Shown here: piece by piece, positions 57,201 through 64,000 of the stretch
Layout: each line of letters starts with the position of its first letter
How positions within the stretch are numbered: position 1 is the stretch's first letter
Assembly: GCA_050872785.1 (NCBI GenBank)
Contig: JBNMHO010000005.1
Coordinates: forward strand, 919 to 64,918
Source of the DNA: Clostridia bacterium
GTDB taxonomy: Bacteria > Bacillota > Clostridia > Christensenellales > UBA1242
Length of the DNA: 64,000 nucleotides
Reading direction: 5' to 3'
Notes under the pieces: model-generated
Databases searched by the model: none
Seen by the model: only the letters and a program-made list of their open reading frames with translations
Told to the model about the DNA's origin: nothing
Made by a program: the position numbers and the translations under genes

Positions 57201-59333
57201 CTAGTTTTTGAAGTCACTTAGGCAGTCACTGTCGCAAACTTCGTCAAGTTCGTCTTCGTCAACAACAAACTTCTTTCTGTTCATATATTCGTCATATTTG
57301 CTGTCGTTGAAGTCTTGAACTGGACGCAAATAGCCAACAACTCTTGACCAAACTTCAGTTTTCTTGCCACATTCTGGACATTCAAAATGTTCGCCCGTGA
57401 TGTATCCATGGTCTTCGCAAACGCTGAATGTTGGAGTGATTGAAATGTATGGCATTTTTGAAGTTTCAAATATTTTCTTAATTAGTCGCTTGCAGACTTC
57501 CTTATCTTCAATTTTTTCACCAAGATAAAGGTGCAAAACTGTGCCGCCTGTGTAAAGTGATTGAAGCTCGTCTTGAAGTGAAACAACTTTGAAAATGTCG
57601 TCTGTATATTCCACTGGCACTTGTGTGGAGTTGGTGTAACTGACAGCACGTTTTCCAGCGGTTATGATGTCTGGGAATCTCTTTTTGTCGAGTTTTGCAA
57701 GTCTTGCACTAACACCTTCTGCTGGGGTTGCTTCTAGGTTATATTGATTTCCCGTTTCTTGTTGATATTCCACCATTTTTTGACGGAGATAGTTCATAAC
57801 TTTAAGAGCAAATGCTTGTCCCTCTGGGGTTGTTATGTCCTTGCCCATAAAGTTAAGCAAACTTTCATTCATACCCACAATTCCGATTGTGTTGAAGTGG
57901 TTGCTCCAATAGCCGCCCGTTCTCTTTTTGACGTCACGAAGATAGAATTTGCAATATGGATAAAGCCCTCTTTCTGTTTGTGCTTCTACAACTTTTCTTT
58001 TAAGTTCAAGCGAACTCTTGGCAATGTCGGCATATTTTGAAAGCATTGCAAAATATTCTGTTTCATTTTCTGCAAGGTAGCCAATTCTTGGCAGGTTGAT
58101 TGTCACAACACCAATGGAGCCTGTAAGTGGGTTGGAGCCGAAAAGTCCGCCACCACGTTTTCTAAGTTCCGAAACATTAAGTCTAAGTCTGCAGCACATG
58201 CTAACAGCATCTTCTGGCGACAAGTCGGAGTTAACAAAGTTTGCAAAATAAGGAATTCCATATTTGCAAGTTATGTCCATAATTGAATTTACAACGTCAC
58301 TGTCCCAGTCCATGTCTTTTGTAATATTTATAGTTGGAATTGGGAATGTGAAAACTCTGCCCTTTGAGTCGCCTTCAAGCATAACTTCGCAGAATGCTTT
58401 GTTAATAATGTCCATTTCCGCTTGATAGTCGCCATATGTTGTGTCTTGAAGTTCGCCTCCAATAACAACTGGTTGGTCTTTCAAAGTTTTTGGGCATTTA
58501 ATATCCAAAGTTATATTAGAAAATGGGCATTGGAAGCCAACACGTGTTGGAACATTCATATTAAAAATGAACTCTTGCAAGCATTGTTTAACTTCTTCAA
58601 ATGAAAGGTTGTCTTTTCTGACAAATGGAGCGCAATAAGTGTCAAAACTGCTCCATGCTTGAGCGCCAGCGGTTTCGCCTTGAGTTGTGAAAGTGGCATT
58701 TACAACTTGCCCTAGGAACGAACCCAAATGTTTTGGTGGTTTGCTGGACATTTTTCTTGGTACTCCAGTAAAGCCTTCTGTCAAAATTTGTCTTAAATCC
58801 CAACCCACGCAATATGCACCAAAGAAGCCAAGGTCGTGCAAGTGGATAGCACCCGATTCGTGAGCCTCTTTCACTTCTTGTGGATAAATTTCATTGAGCC
58901 AGTAGTTTCTTGTAAAGGTTTCTCTAACATAGTTATTAAGTCCGGCAACACTATGTTGCATATTTGCGTTTTCTTTAACTGCCCAGTCGGCACTGTCAAG
59001 ATATTTTGTAAATAGGTCAATAGTAGCCCCAGTAAGAGCATTCATTTCCCTTGCGGAAGTTCTTTTTTCCCTATACAAAATGTAAGCCTTTGCAACTCTT
59101 GCGTGTCTGTTTTCAATAAGCACCTTTTCAACAGTATCTTGAATTTGCTCCACTGCTGGAACCTTTGAGCCGTTGGTTGCAATCAAAATTTTCTCAACTT
59201 GGTCTGCTAAGTTTTCTGCCAACTCCCTGTCATGTCCGTCACATGCAAGTGCAGCCTTAAAAATTGCGTCTGCAATCTTGGACTTTTTGTATTCCTCAAT
59301 TTTCCCATCTCTTTTTCTAACTTGTGTTATCAT
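57201..59333 (-). CDS. nrdD: anaerobic ribonucleoside-triphosphate reductase (class III)
   Basis: N-terminal ATP-cone (VRKRDGKIEEY), a C-terminal Zn ribbon CPECG and the glycyl-radical region RVVGYLRPV. Confidence 0.95.
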   Translation of the reverse strand: MITQVRKRDGKIEEYKKSKIADAIFKAALACDGHDRELAENLADQVEKILIATNGSKVPAVEQIQDTVEKVLIENRHARVAKAYILYREKRTSAREMNALTGATIDLFTKYLDSADWAVKENANMQHSVAGLNNYVRETFTRNYWLNEIYPQEVKEAHESGAIHLHDLGFFGAYCVGWDLRQILTEGFTGVPRKMSSKPPKHLGSFLGQVVNATFTTQGETAGAQAWSSFDTYCAPFVRKDNLSFEEVKQCLQEFIFNMNVPTRVGFQCPFSNITLDIKCPKTLKDQPVVIGGELQDTTYGDYQAEMDIINKAFCEVMLEGDSKGRVFTFPIPTINITKDMDWDSDVVNSIMDITCKYGIPYFANFVNSDLSPEDAVSMCCRLRLNVSELRKRGGGLFGSNPLTGSIGVVTINLPRIGYLAENETEYFAMLSKYADIAKSSLELKRKVVEAQTERGLYPYCKFYLRDVKKRTGGYWSNHFNTIGIVGMNESLLNFMGKDITTPEGQAFALKVMNYLRQKMVEYQQETGNQYNLEATPAEGVSARLAKLDKKRFPDIITAGKRAVSYTNSTQVPVEYTDDIFKVVSLQDELQSLYTGGTVLHLYLGEKIEDKEVCKRLIKKIFETSKMPYISITPTFSVCEDHGYITGEHFECPECGKKTEVWSRVVGYLRPVQDFNDSKYDEYMNRKKFVVDEDELDEVCDSDCLSDFKN

Positions 59334-59444
59334 ATTTCTTCTCCTTTAAAGTCAAGTTGGCGGGGGTTAAATAATTTCTCCTGAGGTTTCGCCACTTGCC
59401 CCAAAAACACGCTGGCTCTTGCCCTTCAACTTTCAAACACTGAA

Positions 59445-59474
59445 ACTTTATCACAACACAACATCTTGTGTCAA
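59445..59474 (-). promoter_or_regulatory. nrdDG promoter
   Basis: TTGACA (59474-59469), an 18-nt spacer, then TGaTAAAGT (-10 at 59450-59445). Confidence 0.5.
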
Positions 59475-59503
59475 CAAATTTTCACAAAATACTACATTTT
59501 GTG
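59456..59503. promoter_or_regulatory. two NrdR-box-like palindromes
   Basis: ACACAACATCTTGTGT (59456-59471), which overlaps the promoter spacer and -35 element, and CACAAAAT-actac-ATTTTGTG (59483-59503). Centres are about 30 bp apart. Compare the NrdR consensus acaCwAtATaTwGtgt. Confidence 0.6.
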
Positions 59504-59730
59504 GTTTTTTTGTTCATTTGCACAAATTTAAAATAAATTTTTATACATAATTTTGCATAAAAACATAACAAAATTCGTCAAAATTCCCCACCGCCCAAAA
59601 ACTCATTTTTGTTTGAAATAAAGCACCTTTCCGTGGGAAAACAGCCCCCTCAAACGCCACTCAAAACGAATGAATAAACATTAAAACACACTTTTCCGCC
59701 CCGTCCAAAAAGTCCACCACAATATGTAGA

Positions 59731-59766
59731 AAAAAAACAAAAGATGTCCCCAAGGAACACCTTTTT
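59731..59766 (-). terminator. probable terminator after the ComEC-like gene
   Basis: On the minus-strand RNA, stem GGUGUUC/GGACAUC (two G-U pairs) followed by UUUUGUUUUUUUU. Confidence 0.45.
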
Positions 59767-59792
59767 CATTTCATGTAACATGTTATATCCTT

Positions 59793-61034
59793 TCAATCTT
59801 TACTCTTAACTTTCTTTTTGCTTCTTTTAAAGAACACAAACCACGAAAGGGCGAGGATAATGCCGCCGACTATAACAATATATTTCCATTCGACATAACT
59901 GTCGGAAACATGGTTGTAGTTGCTTTGGGAAACTGGCATATCGTCGTTTGACGAGAATACAATGCTTCCCTCTTCGTCCGTTCTGTGAATTGTAATTGAC
60001 ATTGCTTCAAGTCTAGTAACAACAGAAGATTTTGGGTGACCATATTTGTTGTTCTTTCCACAACTGATAATTGCAATTTCTGGTTTTATCACGTCCAAAA
60101 ATGCTTGACTTGAGGAAGTGTCACTGCCATGGTGACCAACTTTTAGAATATTGCAGTCAAACACGCTTGGAGTGGAAGTAATTGCAGTTTGATAATTGTC
60201 GATAAATTCCTTTTCCGTTTTTGTTGAAGCGTCACCAGTAAATGTGTATTTTATTCCACAAATGTTTGCAATGATAATTGGGCTGTAGTCGTTGACGTCT
60301 GTGTAACTTGTTTCAACTGGTCCATAGAACACAAAGGAATAGTTTTCGCTTTCAATTTTTACGTCTGCCTCGTTTCTGTTCATGACAAGTCCTGGTTCAT
60401 TATATGCACTGGTGATTGTATTTTCCCAAACTTTTGTTGTAACAACTTTGTAATTCGGGTTTTCTATTTTGTTGTTGTTCTTTTCATAATTTGAGTAGCA
60501 CTTTGGAAGATAGAAAGTTTTTATTTCATAAAGTCCAAAGATTGTTGCAGCGTTGCCCACATGGTCGTTGTCGGTGTGAGTTAGGATAAAATAGTCAATA
60601 GTTGTAATGTTTAGGGCGTCTATGTATTTGACAAGTGCATTTTTGGCACTTGGGTCGCCGGTGTCAATGAGCATAGTTTTGCTATCGGGCAGTTGTATCA
60701 AAGTGGCGTCACCCTGTCCCACATCAATAAAGTGAACTTTATAATCGCCCGTTGCAATGGCAGACTCAAACTGGAATGTTGTTTTGTTAATTTGTCTTTC
60801 AATGTTCGTTGAAAAGAACAAACTCACAATAAGTGTCACCCAAAGAATTGAGTAAATGACAAGTTTAAATGCAGTTTTTGCTTTTGTTTTGCTACTCATT
60901 GCCCTTGTTTCCACTTTTTCGCCACGAGCAAGTTTTGACACATTGTTAATTGCCTTTTTCTTCTTTTTTCTAACTTCTTTGCTTATTTGCTTTTTCGCAA
61001 AATTTCGAAGTTCATCATCTTGTCTTTTATCCAT
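59793..61034 (-). CDS. ComEC C-terminal-domain-like metallo-beta-lactamase protein, membrane anchored
   Basis: VHFIDVGQGDATLIQLPD..MLIDTG, LTHTDNDHVGN and VGHHGS motifs. It has N- and C-terminal TM helices but lacks the ComEC channel domain. Confidence 0.75.
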   Translation of the reverse strand: MDKRQDDELRNFAKKQISKEVRKKKKKAINNVSKLARGEKVETRAMSSKTKAKTAFKLVIYSILWVTLIVSLFFSTNIERQINKTTFQFESAIATGDYKVHFIDVGQGDATLIQLPDSKTMLIDTGDPSAKNALVKYIDALNITTIDYFILTHTDNDHVGNAATIFGLYEIKTFYLPKCYSNYEKNNNKIENPNYKVVTTKVWENTITSAYNEPGLVMNRNEADVKIESENYSFVFYGPVETSYTDVNDYSPIIIANICGIKYTFTGDASTKTEKEFIDNYQTAITSTPSVFDCNILKVGHHGSDTSSSQAFLDVIKPEIAIISCGKNNKYGHPKSSVVTRLEAMSITIHRTDEEGSIVFSSNDDMPVSQSNYNHVSDSYVEWKYIVIVGGIILALSWFVFFKRSKKKVKSKD

Positions 61035-61042
61035 TTTTCACC

Positions 61043-61912
61043 TCAAACAATCTTTTGTCTATTTTCGCTTGCAAGTTTAAATCTAATTTTGTGTGCTTTT
61101 TTTGGTTTTTTGGAGATAAGCTCCAAAATTTTTGGCACTGCCTCTATCCCCGCTTGATAGCCCTCAGCAAACATTGCGTCAACTTCGTCAATCTTTGTTG
61201 ACTTATATTCCTTCATGCTTGGAGCAACAACAATATCCGCATTCAAATATCCCTTTGTGCAGTTGCTTTTTGTCATAATTCTTATTGTTGCCAAAAGAAC
61301 GTCTAGCACTTTTAGTGATGAAGTTCCATATCCACGTGTGGAGTTAACGTCAACCGCCACCACATAGTCACACCCAAAATGTCTTGGCACATCGCTTGGA
61401 ATGTTGTTTTGCAAACCGCCGTCACTTAGGTGCATATCTTCATATTCCACTGGCACAAACACCCCCGGCACAGCACAACTTCCGCTTACAATTTTGGCAA
61501 GGTTGCCACGAGTGAAAGCAATTTCCCTTGAAGTTATGAGGTCAACCGCCACCGCCGCAAAAGGAATTTTTGCACTTGAAATATCCACATCACCCAAGTT
61601 GTCTTTAATAAGTTCTTGAATTCCGTCAGTTTTTGAGGGCATAAAGAATTTGCTACGTCTTATATCCTTAACTCTTATTGAATGTGCAATTTGTAACATT
61701 TCATCAGCCGTCTTGCCAAAACTATACATCGCCCCAACAATGGAGCCAGCACTTGTTCCAGCAACGTAGTCAAAAGTTATTCCGTTTTCTTCAAACGCTT
61801 TCAAAACCCCAATGTGAGCAATTCCTCTAGCACCGCCGCCACCCAATGCAAGCCCAATTTTCACCTTTTTATTTTTTACTGGGACATCTCGCTTCTGTTC
61901 AAAAAATCTCAT
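61043..61912 (-). CDS. patatin-like phospholipase
   Basis: Oxyanion motif GGGGARG, nucleophile motif GTSAGS and a DGG motif. Confidence 0.85.
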   Translation of the reverse strand: MRFFEQKRDVPVKNKKVKIGLALGGGGARGIAHIGVLKAFEENGITFDYVAGTSAGSIVGAMYSFGKTADEMLQIAHSIRVKDIRRSKFFMPSKTDGIQELIKDNLGDVDISSAKIPFAAVAVDLITSREIAFTRGNLAKIVSGSCAVPGVFVPVEYEDMHLSDGGLQNNIPSDVPRHFGCDYVVAVDVNSTRGYGTSSLKVLDVLLATIRIMTKSNCTKGYLNADIVVAPSMKEYKSTKIDEVDAMFAEGYQAGIEAVPKILELISKKPKKAHKIRFKLASENRQKIV

Positions 61913-62071
61913 TTTTCATTCCCTTTTCACAAGATTATATCCATATTTTAATTTAAAAAGTATCTTTGTGACAATCTTATCTAAAATTATTCTGTAATCA
62001 AACATTTTAAGTTTCGATTTGTAATAAAACTTTTGTCACAAGAAGATAATATCACAATTCTTTTTATTTTC

Positions 62072-62106
62072 AAAACAAAAAAACCAAGAGAAATTTCCCT
62101 TGGTCG
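62072..62106 (-). terminator. rho-independent terminator after the coiled-coil gene
   Basis: Stem ACCAAG/CTTGGT (62083-62088 / 62099-62104) followed by a U run on the minus strand. Confidence 0.6.
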
Positions 62107-62120
62107 TTTTGATTTGAGTT

Positions 62121-63311
62121 TTAGTTGTTTGAAGAATTGTCGTCAGATGTGTTGTCGTCTTGAGGCACAACATTCACGTTTTCTTCGGCTTCTTTTGCCG
62201 CTTGTTCGTCAAGAAGTCTAATTTTTTCTTCAAGGTCTGCAATATCCATTTTAAGTTCGTCATGGCTCTTGTTTAGGAAAGCATTTGCTCTTTCAAGAAT
62301 TGGATATCTGTCCTTGTTCTTTTGCATAACTTCTTCGCAGTGTTGAACAGAAAGTCTAAGTCCTTCAAGAAGGTCAAGTTCTTGTGTAAGTTTGTTTGCT
62401 TTTTCTTCGTCAATGTCAACATAGTTGTTCACGCCATAAAGCACAACTTTTTGTTTTGCAACGATTGCTTCTTTTCTGCGAAGTTTTCTCTTGTCGTTGT
62501 CAAGTGTCATATTAACACGTCTAAGTGGCAAGAATTCCTTTTTGTTTGCAGAAAGTTCTTTTTCGTTTTCTTTAAGTCTTTGTTTTAGGACTTCAAGTCT
62601 TTGTTCAAGTTCTTCTCTGCTGCCAGAAACAACTGTAACATTTTCTTCTGCAGATTTATCTTCCAAGTCCTTAATTGTCTTTTGATTTTCTTCAAGTTGT
62701 CTTTCAAGTTCTGCAATTTTTTCTTCAAGTTCTTTTTGACGAGTTTCAGCATCTTCTGCTTGTTTTTGAGCAGCTTCTGCTTGGCTCATTGCTTCTTCGG
62801 CTTGCTTTTGAGCTTCGTCAAGTTCTGCTTGAGCTTTCTTTTCTTCATCAAGTCTTGCAACTTCTTTTCTTGTTTCCTCAGTGATTTCTGCAATCACTTC
62901 GTCTGGGTCAGCTTCTTTTTCAGCTGGCACAACAACTGCTTCTTGTTGTGGTTGAAGGTTGCTTGCTTTCAAAGCGGCTTCTTCTTTTGCTGCTTTGTCA
63001 AGGTCAACTTCAGTTTCTTCCATTCCTTGTTCTGGAGCCATTTCCTCAGATTCTTCAGTCTTTTCAACTGGTTCTGCAGGAGTTTCTTCTTCGGCTTGTT
63101 TCAAAACAGGACGTTCTTGCTCCTCGTCTGGAGCGTTCAGGAGTTTTGGTCTTGTAACAGGTTTGTCTTCGTCTTTCTTGTGGCGTTTAAAGAAAATTCC
63201 GTTGGTGCCATCAACGATGGAGATGAAGAGGTCTGACAAGAAAACAATAATAAATGCCGCAACTACGATAATTCCGATAACCCCTAGAATGTTCAAAAAA
63301 GTATCCAACAT
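62121..63311 (-). CDS. membrane-anchored coiled-coil protein (E/K/Q/A-rich), unknown
   Basis: 396 aa with an N-terminal TM, an acidic linker and a long heptad-like region (AEAAQKQAEDAETRQKELEEKIAELERQLEE). Confidence 0.6.
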   Translation of the reverse strand: MLDTFLNILGVIGIIVVAAFIIVFLSDLFISIVDGTNGIFFKRHKKDEDKPVTRPKLLNAPDEEQERPVLKQAEEETPAEPVEKTEESEEMAPEQGMEETEVDLDKAAKEEAALKASNLQPQQEAVVVPAEKEADPDEVIAEITEETRKEVARLDEEKKAQAELDEAQKQAEEAMSQAEAAQKQAEDAETRQKELEEKIAELERQLEENQKTIKDLEDKSAEENVTVVSGSREELEQRLEVLKQRLKENEKELSANKKEFLPLRRVNMTLDNDKRKLRRKEAIVAKQKVVLYGVNNYVDIDEEKANKLTQELDLLEGLRLSVQHCEEVMQKNKDRYPILERANAFLNKSHDELKMDIADLEEKIRLLDEQAAKEAEENVNVVPQDDNTSDDNSSNN

Positions 63312-63346
63312 TATCCTTTTACCTCACTTTCTTTGTTGATACCAAG

Positions 63347-63375
63347 ATTTTAGCACAATGGCAATATCTTGTCAA
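63347..63375 (-). promoter_or_regulatory. sigma-70 promoter with extended -10
   Basis: TTGACA (63375-63370), a 17-nt spacer, then TGcTAAAAT (-10 at 63352-63347), about 35 nt upstream of ATG 63311. Confidence 0.6.
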
Positions 63376-63607
63376 TATTGAAAAATAAATTTGGGCAAAA
63401 CGCCAATAATATGTCTAAATATTATATATTTTACGCAAATTTGTTGATTTTAATTACAAAATAGCAACACCCTCTCGTTTTCAGAATAGTAACTCAAGCC
63501 TCTATTTATTCGAGTTCAACATTTCAATTATAAAACAGGCTTTCCTCTTTCCCAAAAATTTCGCGTTGCTGCTATTTTTGGGAGCCCTATTTTTTGCAAT
63601 GGAATAA

Positions 63608-64000
63608 CTACAATTCGTCAAATTTATTTTCTGAGAAATCTGGTGTATAGTCACACGAGGCACTTGTCATCTCTTGCACAAAGCCATGTTCAAAGCCAAG
63701 TGTCTTGGCATGTGCAACAACCTTTTTATATTGCAAAAGTGGCAATGTGTGTTGCAACTCTGTGTATTCCTTTGCCTTGTAGCATGGCACAAATTGACTC
63801 ATTAAACTTATTATTGTTTTGTTCCCAACGCTGTCACAAATTGCGTCAAGAATTTTCAAACTATCTTCATAAGCCCCTGGCAAAACAAGGTGGCGGACAA
63901 TAATTCCCTTTGTCATCACCCCGTTTTGAAATTCGTCATTTGGCAAAATCTCTCTTGCCTTTTTAAGAGCCGTCAAACACACTTCAAAATAGTCCTTTAC
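63608..64000 (-). CDS. radical SAM family protein (PflA/PflX-like), C-terminal part; continues beyond the right edge
   Basis: The frame stays open to position 64000; the M at 63982 in the ORF track is an in-frame GTG. The pattern GIIVRHLVLPG...SLKILD...ISLMSQFVP...GFVQE is typical of the C-terminal half of PflX-like radical SAM proteins. Confidence 0.55.
   Translation of the reverse strand, partial: VKDYFEVCLTALKKAREILPNDEFQNGVMTKGIIVRHLVLPGAYEDSLKILDAICDSVGNKTIISLMSQFVPCYKAKEYTELQHTLPLLQYKKVVAHAKTLGFEHGFVQEMTSASCDYTPDFSENKFDEL

Noticed and set aside
59334-59444. Possible cobalamin or other riboswitch in the nrdD leader.
   Set aside because: I could not find a B12-box-like core or another riboswitch signature I can recognise. 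Only generic hairpin potential is present.
61964-62041. 9-bp inverted repeat TTGTGACAA / TTGTCACAA separated by 58 bp, upstream of the patatin gene.
   Set aside because: The arms are too far apart for a simple operator or terminator, and it is a single occurrence. It may be regulatory but there is not enough support.

Overview
This is a low-GC, Firmicutes/Clostridia-like chromosomal segment read with the standard genetic code. About 90% of the genes lie on the minus strand. Most of the window is conserved housekeeping: rnj, parE-parC, murG, recA-cinA-pgsA-rimO-ftsK, an M16 peptidase and a deacetylase, pnp-rpsO, recJ, secDF, yajC-tgt-queA-ruvBAC, floA and nrdDG. I found no rRNA, tRNA or CRISPR array.

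The main accessory feature is a compact ~10 kb phage-like island at about 3.3-13.4 kb. It carries a large terminase, portal, scaffold-like protein, major capsid protein, three orphan ORFs and two holin-like genes. I could not recognise an integrase, replication module, endolysin or long-tail module. Inside it, between portal and scaffold, sits a 250 bp repeat- and hairpin-rich noncoding spacer. Its right flank has an unusual intergenic region with iteron-like repeats, phased A-tracts and a LexA-like box.

Other points worth a second look:
- a surface-protein gene interrupted at a 12-nt poly-G tract, a candidate for phase variation
- a tandem-paralog two-gene cassette inserted into the conserved pnp-deacetylase synteny
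- a ~246-aa lysine/glutamate-rich N-terminal extension on ParC and a lysine-rich tail on YajC
- an orphan SUFU-like (immunity-type) gene

All functional calls come from motif recognition by eye and from gene order. No database search was run.
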